Below, in pieces: positions 39,605 through 49,296 of a DNA stretch of 64,000 nt (its first letter is position 1; every line of letters begins with the position of its first letter). The position numbers and the translations under genes are program-made. The stretch is from positions 1-64,000 of IMG/VR virus record IMGVR_UViG_3300037400_006466. One strand, given 5' to 3'. The stretch comes from a virus. Its lineage: Duplodnaviria; Heunggongvirae; Uroviricota; Caudoviricetes. The notes beneath the pieces were generated by a model. It made no database searches. It was not told where the DNA came from and saw nothing but the letters and a program-made list of their open reading frames with translations.

Positions 39605-40168
39605 ATGATTTTACAGAAAGTGGATTCTGAGGAATACAAGGAATCCTTCATAAATAAGTTCACCAATTTTGCTGACAAGGCCCCTATTGTGATATCCTTT
39701 GCAACAGATGACCTTGGAGTATCAGTAATCCATGAGAACTCAGGAAAGAAGTATTTCTATCCCTGGGATTTTGTCGTTCCCATCAAGTCATTCATTCATG
39801 ACATAAAGAGAGACCTCTCCTATAACCATTATCCTAGGATTTCAAGGATTGTGAGCAAGGAAAGAGTTCTCACTCCAGAGGAACAGGCTGACATGATAGC
39901 TCATGGAAAGTCAGTGGATGAGATTCCACAGACCATCATTGAGGACGTTGAGGAAGTCTATAGGATTGACAAGATACTTGTGATGAAGGATGAGTTCATC
40001 ATAGTCAATGAAGCCACATCTGAGCAGTACTGCTATAAGATGAACGGGTCAGCCTTCTCATACCTCAGAAGCTATAGGTCCGGGGAATACAAGACTCCCA
40101 AGGATGCAGGGGATGTCTTCTTCAAGAAGTGTGTTCTTGTAAATAAACTCAATAAGCTGGCTGAATGA
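39605..40168 (+). CDS. Hypothetical protein
   Basis: Operon ORF. Confidence 0.7.
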   Translation: MILQKVDSEEYKESFINKFTNFADKAPIVISFATDDLGVSVIHENSGKKYFYPWDFVVPIKSFIHDIKRDLSYNHYPRISRIVSKERVLTPEEQADMIAHGKSVDEIPQTIIEDVEEVYRIDKILVMKDEFIIVNEATSEQYCYKMNGSAFSYLRSYRSGEYKTPKDAGDVFFKKCVLVNKLNKLAE

Positions 40169-40566
40169 GAAGGGATTCCAATGACGCTGATTGGCGTAAG
40201 GTGAAGGAGATTGTCTCCAAGAGGGATAAGGGAATGTGCAGGCTGTCAAAAGTCCTCACTATCCCTGAAACCCTTAAGTTAAGGAAAAATGCAGGTGGTT
40301 TTTTGAATAAGGTTGATGCAGCCCATTACAGACCTGTATCCGAAAGACCTGACCTCATATATGAGCCTAACAATCTTGTCTGTCTGAACAGATACAGTCA
40401 TTCAAATCTTGATGATTTTAAAGACCCATTGGATGGTCATTGTATCTCAGCTGATGAGGTTGAGAGGTGGTGGAGAAGGATATTGAAGTCCGATAGGAGT
40501 CAATATTCCTTTTTGGAAGAGAACGGGCTGTTAAAGGAGATTGATGATGCAGTATCAGACAACTAA
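40165..40566 (+). CDS. HNH endonuclease
   Basis: WRKVKEIVSKRDKGMCR..DAAH..NLVCLNRYSH. Confidence 0.8.
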   Translation: MRRDSNDADWRKVKEIVSKRDKGMCRLSKVLTIPETLKLRKNAGGFLNKVDAAHYRPVSERPDLIYEPNNLVCLNRYSHSNLDDFKDPLDGHCISADEVERWWRRILKSDRSQYSFLEENGLLKEIDDAVSDN

Positions 40567-40720
40567 ACTTGAAGAAAATGATGAGAGAAAAGTTTATCTT
40601 GACAATGAGCAGATTCCTGTGAGTCAGTTCAACAATAAGCTTGAATCATTGAAGAAGAATCAGAGAGTTGTGGAATCTAGCGATAACAATTTTCACATTG
40701 TTGAAAGAATGTTTTCCTAA
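40544..40720 (+). CDS. 58-aa hypothetical protein (below track cutoff)
   Basis: AAGGAG RBS; MMQYQTTKLEEND...HIVERMFS; fills gap to terminator. Confidence 0.65.
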   Translation: MMQYQTTKLEENDERKVYLDNEQIPVSQFNNKLESLKKNQRVVESSDNNFHIVERMFS

Positions 40721-40744
40721 TTTTAATTCTAAATTAAATAATTG

Positions 40745-40764
40745 ACCCACCTTTTCAGGTGGGT
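40745..40764. terminator. Terminator between convergent genes
   Basis: ACCCACCT/AGGTGGGT stem. Confidence 0.8.
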
Positions 40765-40775
40765 TTTATTTTTCT

Positions 40776-41270
40776 TTATTTTGTCGCCCTTGCTATCTGT
40801 CCGATGTCATAGATGGAATCCAAATCCTGCAGAATGTCAATGTCAAGGTCATAAATCTGGTTCTCCTCAATCATAAGCTCAGTGAGGATTCCGAACACCT
40901 TTTTGAGTGACTGAAGAGCATGATTGCCTAAAGCCTCCACTCTCTTATGGTTCTCCTCTATGGTTGTGGCCAGATCCTTCATGTTCTGGGTCTTCTGATT
41001 GAGCTCCTCAGGGTCTATGGTATCAGATATTGTCCTTATTCCAGGGAACAGGTCAGTAGGGGTTGTGACTGCATCTGAGTAGTTGAAGTCCTTGAGATAG
41101 TCAAGATATTTGGAGAAGCTTCCATCCCTTGTCTCCAGGGTCTTGACAAGATTTGATATGTCTTTTGATACTGAGGCCATAGTTGTGTTTATCTCCTGTC
41201 TCAGAGGCTGAGCCTGTGACAGGAGAGCATCAACTGAACCTTTTCTTGAATTAAACTCTTTCTCTTCCAT
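40776..41270 (-). CDS. Coiled-coil late protein, probably leaderless
   Basis: ATG 5 nt after ACTAATT at 41276-41282. Confidence 0.7.
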   Translation of the reverse strand: MEEKEFNSRKGSVDALLSQAQPLRQEINTTMASVSKDISNLVKTLETRDGSFSKYLDYLKDFNYSDAVTTPTDLFPGIRTISDTIDPEELNQKTQNMKDLATTIEENHKRVEALGNHALQSLKKVFGILTELMIEENQIYDLDIDILQDLDSIYDIGQIARATK

Positions 41271-41319
41271 AGTTGAATTAGTATCTTATATTCAATGATA
41301 ATCTTTAATTATCAAATTC

Positions 41320-42033
41320 TTAATCATAAGAATAATGAAGGTTATTATAATCCATTGCCTTTTTCATATCAGATTTCATTCTTTTTGTAAGAGTATATAC
41401 TTTTGTGACAGGGATTCCCATAATCTGTGATATCTCAGCCTTGTTCTTTCCTTTTTCGAGATATCTGTATATCTCTTTCTCAGTATCACCCCAGATTCTG
41501 AAACACTCATTGACGGCATTATTACAGTTATCCTCACCTTCTTTAATCTCATATGTATAGATGGGGTCTGTTTTATATCCGAATTCCTCATTATAGGACA
41601 TTTCCACATCAGAGTCAAATGTGGTTGAATCCTCATCCTCTTTAAGGTTAGCTGATACAAGACTTCTGCTTTTGCTTATCTTGTTTATTATCTTCTTCCT
41701 CATCTTTGTTCTGACGTTGGTGATATACCAGCTTGCAAGCTGAAGAAGCTTGAACTTTTCATCCTTGACTTTATTGAGGTCAACCTTTGTGATGGCCTTG
41801 AACAGTGCCTCATATGCCTCATCATAATAGTCCTCTTTGATGCTGTTCACATATCCTGTCTTGTTTAGCTCCTGCTGAAGCTTCCACCAATGGTAATGTA
41901 TCATCTTCTCATATTTCTTGATGAGTACCTCACAGGCTCTATTGTAGTTTATCTCAGAGGATTTAGGGTCTTTGATTATCCTTATAATCTCGATTTCAGG
42001 AAGTTCCTTTATTTCATCTAAAGTAAGAGTCAT
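41320..42033 (-). CDS. Phage sigma70-family factor A (early-expressed; candidate middle sigma)
   Basis: Region 2 LIKKYEKMI..EDYYDEAYEALFKAI..ASWYI; region 4 HTH GKNKAEISQIMGIPVTKV. Confidence 0.8.
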   Translation of the reverse strand: MTLTLDEIKELPEIEIIRIIKDPKSSEINYNRACEVLIKKYEKMIHYHWWKLQQELNKTGYVNSIKEDYYDEAYEALFKAITKVDLNKVKDEKFKLLQLASWYITNVRTKMRKKIINKISKSRSLVSANLKEDEDSTTFDSDVEMSYNEEFGYKTDPIYTYEIKEGEDNCNNAVNECFRIWGDTEKEIYRYLEKGKNKAEISQIMGIPVTKVYTLTKRMKSDMKKAMDYNNLHYSYD

Positions 42034-42059
42034 TTATTCACTTTTCTCCTTATTTATAT

Positions 42060-42239
42060 TTAATTCTTTTCATATTTGGCATATATGTCTCTGATGATAT
42101 CATAGGCCTTTGCTCTTGGGATTCTTTTCCACCAGTGCTTTTTCTTTTGTTCTGTATATGCCCTGCAGGTATAATCCATATTGACACCTAATGATATCAT
42201 TGATTCTATCCATATCTTGAACTCTTTCATTTCATTCAT
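42060..42239 (-). CDS. 59-aa early hypothetical protein
   Basis: After early promoter 42263-42291; MNEMKEFKIW... Confidence 0.55.
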   Translation of the reverse strand: MNEMKEFKIWIESMISLGVNMDYTCRAYTEQKKKHWWKRIPRAKAYDIIRDIYAKYEKN

Positions 42240-42262
42240 GGATGTTCCTTCTTTACATTATT

Positions 42263-42291
42263 ATGATAAGACATTTTGAACTTTTTGTCAA
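42263..42291 (-). promoter_or_regulatory. Early promoter TTGACA-17-TATCAT driving sigma A
   Basis: Sequence read directly. Confidence 0.8.
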
Positions 42292-42300
42292 TACCCAAGA

Positions 42301-42645
42301 TTACCTATTGTAAATACTTCCGATTTCAGAATCATAGTATTTCTCTATGTTGACAGGAACTTCCTTGACTTTAACTTTTCCCTTTATTTCTTTCTGTACT
42401 ACAAGAGTATATTTGGTAGGTATCCATCTTGTACGGACACTTGACCTCTTGCTTTCTGAATCATAATAGGAGTATGTCTCATAGTGTCCTTCTACCAGAT
42501 ATTTATCTATGATAAGACCACCATCCATCTTGGTCTGAATCATATAAGTAAAGAGAAGGGATATTCCAAGACAGATGAGTACAACTACTGCTACTCCGAT
42601 AACATAGAACAGTAAATCCCACCAAGAATCTGTCTTATAACTCAT
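42301..42645 (-). CDS. Single-pass membrane protein
   Basis: N-terminal TM helix. Confidence 0.7.
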   Translation of the reverse strand: MSYKTDSWWDLLFYVIGVAVVVLICLGISLLFTYMIQTKMDGGLIIDKYLVEGHYETYSYYDSESKRSSVRTRWIPTKYTLVVQKEIKGKVKVKEVPVNIEKYYDSEIGSIYNR

Positions 42646-42646
42646 G

Positions 42647-42814
42647 TCAAATTCCCTCAGCCTCTCTGTTTCTCTCAGCCCAGAACTCTTTCATCCACCT
42701 CTTGAGTGTTGCGACTGAAATGTGATATGCATCAGCGATTTCATAATCGAAACTCATTGGTGAGTAAAGTCTTGTCTTGATAACCTGTTCCTTGAACTCT
42801 TTTCTGTATTTCAT
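42647..42814 (-). CDS. Small HTH protein
   Basis: MKYRKEFKEQVI..EIADAYHISVATLKRW; TAAGGAG RBS. Confidence 0.7.
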   Translation of the reverse strand: MKYRKEFKEQVIKTRLYSPMSFDYEIADAYHISVATLKRWMKEFWAERNREAEGI

Positions 42815-42838
42815 AGGTCTCTTTCTCCTTACATATAT

Positions 42839-42867
42839 AAGATACCATAATAACAATTTTTTGTCAA
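42839..42867 (-). promoter_or_regulatory. Early promoter TTGACA-17-TATCTT
   Basis: Sequence read directly; ATGTAAGGAGA follows. Confidence 0.8.
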
Positions 42868-42909
42868 TACCTATAAAAAAGATTTTATGGGCTTTATATT
42901 AAAGGTGTT

Positions 42910-44124
42910 ATGAAACATTTTAAGTTGAACAATTACAATCTTGCTCTGTTGCAGGAGAAGAGCAAGCTCTACACTTACCTGAATGGAAAATTGGATAAGG
43001 TTATTTGTAAGCTTTCAGGCAATGACTTCATTATTGCTCTTACAGGTGGAGATGGTGTTGTCCTTACCAATTTGGAAATTGAATACGAGAACGGTTCATC
43101 CGCAGAGGCAGAGCCTCTTTACTTCTCAATAGATTATCAGAAGTGGGTCACAGCCCTTCTCAAGTTCAGCGGAACTGATGCCCTCCATATCTCACTGGGT
43201 GATTCAATCATGAGACTGAAGATGGAGGAGAGCAAGGACGTCATAAGTCTCAGTCTCATCTATTATGAGGAAGGCTCACAGCAGTCCAACATGATAACCA
43301 GATTCATTTCTGAGAGAAGGGATGAGATAAAGGATTTCAACCATAAGATTACCCTCACACCTGAGCTTCTGTCAGACTTCGATTTGATGAACAACCTTTT
43401 CTCCACACAGGGAAGAGTCAATGCAATAGGTGTGTCATCAAAGGATGTTCTCTATTCTGACAGGTCAACAGTAGTCAAGGTTAATCTTGAGGAGCATCTC
43501 CCTGATACTCTGTTTGATTCCCTTTCTGAGGATGAGACTTACATTCATCTTCATTCCTATATTCTGAAGCTCCTTGACATTCTGTCAGAGTTCAATCAGG
43601 ATGTATGGTTTGACAGTGACTATGAGGTTCTTTACTGGACTGATAATCATACTGAGATTGTCATTGCTTCAGAGGCCAGAACACTCGCACTTCCCACACC
43701 TGAGCAGTTTGAGGGAATCAAGCCTGTGGACAGGAACTCTTACTTTGATGTGAATCTGGACCTTCTCAGAACAAGTCTGTCATTCTTCCTTGGATTCTAT
43801 GAGGGAGAGGCCTGGAAGCCTGTCACCTTCATTCTGAACAAGGATGAGGATATTGTTCTCAGATATTCAAGACCCTCAGCAGACATCACCAAGACCCTTA
43901 CTGGGGTAAGAAGTCCTTACAGTTATAAGTTCTCTGTGGATTCTGAGACTCTGAGGAAGATTCTCCAGAAAGTCAGGGACAGATTCCCAGGTGATGATGT
44001 CTTTGTCAGATTCAACAGTGACAATGATGGAACACCTCCAAGTGATGAGGCTCCTGGAGTCTATTGCACAGTGGGTGACGTCTATGAGTTCGTCGTCTCT
44101 AAGCTCACAGATATGGATGATTAA
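42910..44124 (+). CDS. Probable sliding clamp (beta-clamp-like)
   Basis: ~400 aa, acidic, three repeats of F-x-[IV]-[DN]-helix pattern, YSDRS, C-terminal FVVSKL. Confidence 0.55.
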   Translation: MKHFKLNNYNLALLQEKSKLYTYLNGKLDKVICKLSGNDFIIALTGGDGVVLTNLEIEYENGSSAEAEPLYFSIDYQKWVTALLKFSGTDALHISLGDSIMRLKMEESKDVISLSLIYYEEGSQQSNMITRFISERRDEIKDFNHKITLTPELLSDFDLMNNLFSTQGRVNAIGVSSKDVLYSDRSTVVKVNLEEHLPDTLFDSLSEDETYIHLHSYILKLLDILSEFNQDVWFDSDYEVLYWTDNHTEIVIASEARTLALPTPEQFEGIKPVDRNSYFDVNLDLLRTSLSFFLGFYEGEAWKPVTFILNKDEDIVLRYSRPSADITKTLTGVRSPYSYKFSVDSETLRKILQKVRDRFPGDDVFVRFNSDNDGTPPSDEAPGVYCTVGDVYEFVVSKLTDMDD

Positions 44125-44847
44125 ATGGCAGAGACTGTGAAAAAGAAGCCTGAGTCAGATGTCCCTGAGACTGAAAGGAATCTGAGGACTCTGCAGGCGG
44201 CTTTTCTGGCTGACAGGAACAATCAGCAGGTTTTCAATGACTATTTTCTTCTGCTGAGAAAATATGCAAGGTCATTGACTCTTAAGAAAATCAAGAGAAA
44301 GAACCTGTTCCTTCCTCCTGAGAGAGTGGATGAGATATGCACTGATGCCACATTGGCCTTGATTGATCAATACAAGAAGCCCAAATGGAGTGTTGATGCA
44401 TCCTTTGCGGGTGTGTTGCAGTTCAAGATAATAGAGGCCATGTGGAAATCAGCTGCAGATGATATGAACTCATCGCTGAATCAGACTTTCTCAGATGACA
44501 AGGACAGTAAAGAGATACTTGACCTTGTTGGGTCGGGTTCAGCCTTACCTTGGGATATGTCCCAATATGGGAAGGAGAGGACCAGCGATGACCCGTCTGA
44601 CACCATAATGGAGGAGGTGAATGTCTCCTTTGATGAGGTCAGAAGTCTGATTGAGGAATGCTATGTGGACTTACCTTACAGGCTTTACCTGAGGTTTGTC
44701 CCATGGCTTGTCCTTCAGTTCAGAAAGCCTAAGACAAAGAACATACAGGCATTGTTCAACAGATTATTTCTTACAAATAAAGAAGAGAATGCCTTTGATA
44801 TGCTTCTCCTGGAGATACACAACCGTATATCTCAGCATGTCATATGA
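44125..44847 (+). CDS. Phage sigma-like factor B (candidate late sigma)
   Basis: Region-2-like YARSLTLKKI..VDEICTDATLALIDQY..SFAGVLQFKI; no clear region 4 HTH. Confidence 0.6.
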   Translation: MAETVKKKPESDVPETERNLRTLQAAFLADRNNQQVFNDYFLLLRKYARSLTLKKIKRKNLFLPPERVDEICTDATLALIDQYKKPKWSVDASFAGVLQFKIIEAMWKSAADDMNSSLNQTFSDDKDSKEILDLVGSGSALPWDMSQYGKERTSDDPSDTIMEEVNVSFDEVRSLIEECYVDLPYRLYLRFVPWLVLQFRKPKTKNIQALFNRLFLTNKEENAFDMLLLEIHNRISQHVI

Positions 44848-44852
44848 AACTC

Positions 44853-44872
44853 ACCCATCCTTTTGGATGGGT
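44853..44872 (+). terminator. Intrinsic terminator
   Basis: ACCCATCC-tttt-GGATGGGT plus T-run. Confidence 0.85.
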
Positions 44873-44943
44873 TTTTTATTGGATTCCCAATAGGATTGTA
44901 TGATGAACTAATTAAGTCATAACAATTTCCGGGAATTTTTTTT

Positions 44944-47900
44944 ATGAGAAAAGCCACAGACAAAGAGATAAATGACTTCATAAAGTATCGTTCCAATCAT
45001 GTTGCCCTTGTCCAGAGAATAGGAAGGGTAGTGTTTGACGAGAACTTTTCAGACCATGACCATGACAAGATAGAAGCAGATGGTGAGACCCTTAATCTAT
45101 ATGCATTGAGAAATGCAATGATTAATGGGACCTATCAGGCTCATGGTGAAGATAGAAAGGCTCTGTCAAAGTTGGCTGGAGAGCACGTCTGCTCACAGCC
45201 CCACCATCCTGAGTACTGGTGTACGGAAATCACTCCCAATAACTTTGATGATTCCAATCCTCCTCAGTGCAGGCCTTCAAGAATGACAGACAGAAGAATT
45301 CTTGAGATGATATCTGACTGGAGTGCTGTTGCCCTCAAGAGGAACCAACCTCTTTTCAAGTGGTATAATGACAATTGTGTAGGACCTGATGCCAGATTCC
45401 TTTTTACAGACCACCAAAGGAAAATCATAGAAGAAGGAATACAGAAAATCATAGATTCCATAGAGAAGGAACATCTTGAATATCCAGGTGTCAAATACAC
45501 AGCAAAGCAGGTAGAACCCAAGACAGAGGAAAAGCTTACAGAAGATGATTGTGGTGGTGTCTGTGGAGTAGGTATGTCTGCTGGATTCCAGGCAATGGCA
45601 CCAGAACATACAGCCAAGATTGAAGATAAAAGTGGACTCATTGACCCAAGTGGTAAATTGAAATTCAAAGAGGAAAACATTACTGGAAATGTCCTCAAGC
45701 ATATGATACACTCAGAGGACCTCATTCTTGCAGGAAGGGGAGGAAGCATGCTCCTTCTCAGGACTTTCAGAGACATCTTCAACGCTTTGAAGGGAAACAC
45801 TCCTAAGTCAAGGATAACACAAAAGATAGATGGTGCTCCTGCTGTAATCGCAGCCACAGATTTCCACGGAAAGAAGTTCGTGGCTCTCAAGCACTCGTGG
45901 GATAAGGGTAAGATATTCCAGTCCATAGAGGAAGTCAGAGGAGCCTTCGGTGACAGACCTGACCTCTGTGCCAAGATGGAATATCTGTTCAACAGCCTCG
46001 ATGCCATAAATATTCCAAAGGATGAGATATGGCATGGTGACTTCCTTTACCATAAGGATGACTTGAGGACTGAGGTGATTGAGGGTAAGAGATACATAAT
46101 ATTCAGACCTAACACAATAGTCTATGCCATTCCTGTCAATGACCCCCTGGCTGAGACCATACTGAAGTCAGTCATAGGTGTCGCATGGCACACAAAGTAT
46201 ACAGGTGAGTCCTTTGATGACATACATATCTCATTTGATGTATCTGTGTCATCAGTCAATGAGATACCTGAGGTGTATCAGATGGATGCAAGGATTCCTA
46301 GTCTTGTAGGCAGGGTGACCATGACCTCTGAGGAGACAGATAAAGCAGAATCTGACATGGGAGCCCTTGAGCTCATGGTCAACGGAATAACAGTTGATGA
46401 TGATTATGAGAATCTTGTGTCTGATGAGGAGCTTGTCCTGATGCTGAACACATACAGGAACTTCATAATAAAGGATTTCAATAACCAGTTCCCAGACATA
46501 GAGGGATTCAGGGCATGGGTTGATGACAGATATGAGAAGGAGAAGGATAAGAAGAAGACTGACAAGGGCAAGGCCTCAGTTGAATCAAGGAAACAGAGTA
46601 TCCTCTCCACAATAGACAGATACAGTGACCTGATAAAGAGAATATATGATGCTCAGAGATACGCCACAGAGCTCAAGGAGATATTCATAGGAAAGCTCAA
46701 TTCCTTGTCAGGAATGAGGTCATTCGTCAGCCATATCTCACAGGGATATATCTCCACAAGCGGTGAGGGATTTGCCGTATCTGATGTTGACGGAAACGTC
46801 TATAAGCTTGTGTCAAGACTTGAATTCTCAAGGAACAACTTCTCCAAGGAGATAATAAAGGGCTGGCAATCAGAGAAAAGGATGAATGAGAGAATGATGA
46901 CAGTAAAGTCAGCCTTGAAGGCCTTCAAGGAAGGTATGGAGCTTACTGACGATAAGAACGATAATATCACTGTTGATGATACAGACTCAAAGAATGACCC
47001 TGCTTTTACAAAGGAAATCAAGGATATCCCTAATTCAAAGGTGAATTTGGATGATGCCCAGGATACGTTTGTGGATAAGGTCAATGATGAGGTGGGTGCT
47101 GAGTTCAAGAAGTATAAGAAGGACTCCAACACTGAAATTGAGGGGCTGACAAAGAAAGGAAGAACAGATAACGAGTTCAATGCAAGGATAATGCCCAAGG
47201 AAAAGGGAGTGACAAGAGATGACCTTAAGAAGGATGTCCTGAATCTTGATTCTTCTTCAGATGTAGATGTAACTGACACAGGACTGGATGGAACTACTCC
47301 AATAGCAGATATTGAATTGGATGGTCCAGATGGACAGCCTTTCTATGTTCATGTGGAGTTCAAAGACAACAGATTCCGTGGGATGACCGCTGAGCAAACA
47401 AAAGGAATGGAGGAGCTCTGGGGAAGTTGTATCTGTCAGGGATTCTGGGATGTAAACAAGAGCAATACAGAGCATACCACGTTCAGAGAACTTGTGACAG
47501 ATGAAGTCCTTGACATGATAGGACTCAATCATGACTGGAAAGGGACTCTGCTAGGTGGAACACAGAAAATAGTCTCAGAGTTCAGCAATAACGGAAATAA
47601 TCTCTACTATGTGTTCAGAGAGGGCACCTGTTTTTCTCCTCCTGGATATCCTGACCATTCAGGGTCTGAATCCATACACAATATAATAGACAGCATTGTC
47701 AAGGATGACAGAGTGTTCGGTAAAAATACACAGAAAGATACATGGAATCCTTCTGACCTTTATTTGTGTGAAGTAGGCTCCTATCAGAAGTTCGTTGACA
47801 GATGGAATGAGATGAAGAACAAGTCATTCACCAATGAGGGAGCCTATCTGAGTGCGAACAGGTCATGTGTCAATGCTCTTTTAAGAGAGTTCCTTTCTGA

Positions 47901-48615
47901 CAGAGAGGTAATAGGAATATCCTTGAAGAAGCTCGATGATGTGAGAAATGCTCATTTCACATGGTATAATGCTGACGGTAAATGGGATAAGAAGTCATTT
48001 GAGATAATAGGAAACATCATCAGGATACAAAGACTGGGGTTGTTCTCTGAAAAGGAAAAGTCATTAGGTGGAATTACCTTTGATGTGAAGGAAAAGGGCG
48101 TTGAGAACGGTGAATACATAAATTATTCATTCAGAAGATTCTCAGGCAAAGATACAACCGTTTATTTGGAGTTAGAGCCTAAGAGGAGTAATGCCCGTTT
48201 AGGTAAGACCCCCATAGTTCTTGTGAGGGATGAGTTCAAGGATGAGGTAGGAAAGGACTTTCCTATTGATAATGCCCGTGAGATATCCAATTGTGTTGAT
48301 AACATCAGGAATTTGAGGCCTCTTGTAGAGCAGACACTAAGGTTGCTTGGACAGAAGGGAATCAGAGTGGTCACATCAGATGGCATTGATTTGAGTCTGA
48401 GAACTTGGGATGACTTTGTAAAGAGACTTGAGGTTTTGAATACATTAGGTGAGGATGGAATCAGTTATGGAGACAGACACAGACTCCTTGACTGGCCTAA
48501 GCTCATATCCTTCCTTAGAGCTTTGGCTGGAAATACAGAGGATGTTCTGTATAAATGGTATAGCGGAGCATCTAAGTCGGGTGAGTTCTTTGCCCCATAT
48601 GTGAAGATTTCATAA
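44944..48615 (+). CDS. Multidomain protein: HD-like (DUF5662-type) + KxDG ligase-like (DUF6267-type) + PD-(D/E)xK-like nuclease
   Basis: H..HDHDK..H..HHPEYW..EMISDW; HMIHSED..TQKIDGAPA..GDFLY..FRPNTIVY..EGFAV..KLVSRLEFS; WNPSDLYL..IGISLKK. Confidence 0.7.
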   Translation: MRKATDKEINDFIKYRSNHVALVQRIGRVVFDENFSDHDHDKIEADGETLNLYALRNAMINGTYQAHGEDRKALSKLAGEHVCSQPHHPEYWCTEITPNNFDDSNPPQCRPSRMTDRRILEMISDWSAVALKRNQPLFKWYNDNCVGPDARFLFTDHQRKIIEEGIQKIIDSIEKEHLEYPGVKYTAKQVEPKTEEKLTEDDCGGVCGVGMSAGFQAMAPEHTAKIEDKSGLIDPSGKLKFKEENITGNVLKHMIHSEDLILAGRGGSMLLLRTFRDIFNALKGNTPKSRITQKIDGAPAVIAATDFHGKKFVALKHSWDKGKIFQSIEEVRGAFGDRPDLCAKMEYLFNSLDAINIPKDEIWHGDFLYHKDDLRTEVIEGKRYIIFRPNTIVYAIPVNDPLAETILKSVIGVAWHTKYTGESFDDIHISFDVSVSSVNEIPEVYQMDARIPSLVGRVTMTSEETDKAESDMGALELMVNGITVDDDYENLVSDEELVLMLNTYRNFIIKDFNNQFPDIEGFRAWVDDRYEKEKDKKKTDKGKASVESRKQSILSTIDRYSDLIKRIYDAQRYATELKEIFIGKLNSLSGMRSFVSHISQGYISTSGEGFAVSDVDGNVYKLVSRLEFSRNNFSKEIIKGWQSEKRMNERMMTVKSALKAFKEGMELTDDKNDNITVDDTDSKNDPAFTKEIKDIPNSKVNLDDAQDTFVDKVNDEVGAEFKKYKKDSNTEIEGLTKKGRTDNEFNARIMPKEKGVTRDDLKKDVLNLDSSSDVDVTDTGLDGTTPIADIELDGPDGQPFYVHVEFKDNRFRGMTAEQTKGMEELWGSCICQGFWDVNKSNTEHTTFRELVTDEVLDMIGLNHDWKGTLLGGTQKIVSEFSNNGNNLYYVFREGTCFSPPGYPDHSGSESIHNIIDSIVKDDRVFGKNTQKDTWNPSDLYLCEVGSYQKFVDRWNEMKNKSFTNEGAYLSANRSCVNALLREFLSDREVIGISLKKLDDVRNAHFTWYNADGKWDKKSFEIIGNIIRIQRLGLFSEKEKSLGGITFDVKEKGVENGEYINYSFRRFSGKDTTVYLELEPKRSNARLGKTPIVLVRDEFKDEVGKDFPIDNAREISNCVDNIRNLRPLVEQTLRLLGQKGIRVVTSDGIDLSLRTWDDFVKRLEVLNTLGEDGISYGDRHRLLDWPKLISFLRALAGNTEDVLYKWYSGASKSGEFFAPYVKIS

Positions 48616-48624
48616 GGAGATATT

Positions 48625-49200
48625 ATGTCAGATTCAAGAACAGCAGCACTTTGTTTCGGGAGATACAATCCTCCCACATACGGACACCTTCTCCTCTGGA
48701 CAAAGTTGAGTGAAGCTCCTGCAGATGATAAGTTCATCTATGCTTCCCACTCACAGGACAAGAAGAAGAATCCACTGTCATATGCCACAAAGTATGCTCT
48801 GATAAAGTATATCATAAAGAGCAAAGGACTGGATGCAGAGTTCGTCAAGTCTGATGCAAGGACCATAATGGAGGCTGTCCTTGACCTTTACAGAAAAGGA
48901 TATACTGATATCCTCATCGTGGCAGGCTCAGACAGGATAGATGACCTCAAGGGGCTTGTATCAAGATACAACGGTGTCCCATTGAATAAGAACGGAGATA
49001 TGTATCAGTTCGATTCCATAAAGGGTATCAACGCGGGTGATAGAGACCCTGATGCTGATGATATCACAGGTATGTCTGCCTCTAAGGTCAGGAAATTCGC
49101 CCTTGACGGAGATTTTGAGGATTTCCATAGGAGCATCCCCATTGAGGATGAGATGATTGCCCAGTCCATCTATGATGAGATAAGGGAAGTAATGCTTTAA
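48625..49200 (+). CDS. Cytidylyltransferase-like (HxGH) nucleotidyltransferase
   Basis: FGRYNPPTYGH, KKNPL, VAGSDR, GMSASKVR. Confidence 0.9.
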   Translation: MSDSRTAALCFGRYNPPTYGHLLLWTKLSEAPADDKFIYASHSQDKKKNPLSYATKYALIKYIIKSKGLDAEFVKSDARTIMEAVLDLYRKGYTDILIVAGSDRIDDLKGLVSRYNGVPLNKNGDMYQFDSIKGINAGDRDPDADDITGMSASKVRKFALDGDFEDFHRSIPIEDEMIAQSIYDEIREVML

Positions 49201-49296
49201 TCACTTTTTTGTAACCTTATGAATACTCGTTTGTTATAATTATTGAAAGGGATCTCAGTAGTCCTTTTGATTCATGATTTTAAGGAGAATAATTCT

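Noticed and set aside
42647-42814. IS3-type transposase
   Set aside because: Only a 55-aa HTH behind an early promoter; no DDE ORF or terminal inverted repeats
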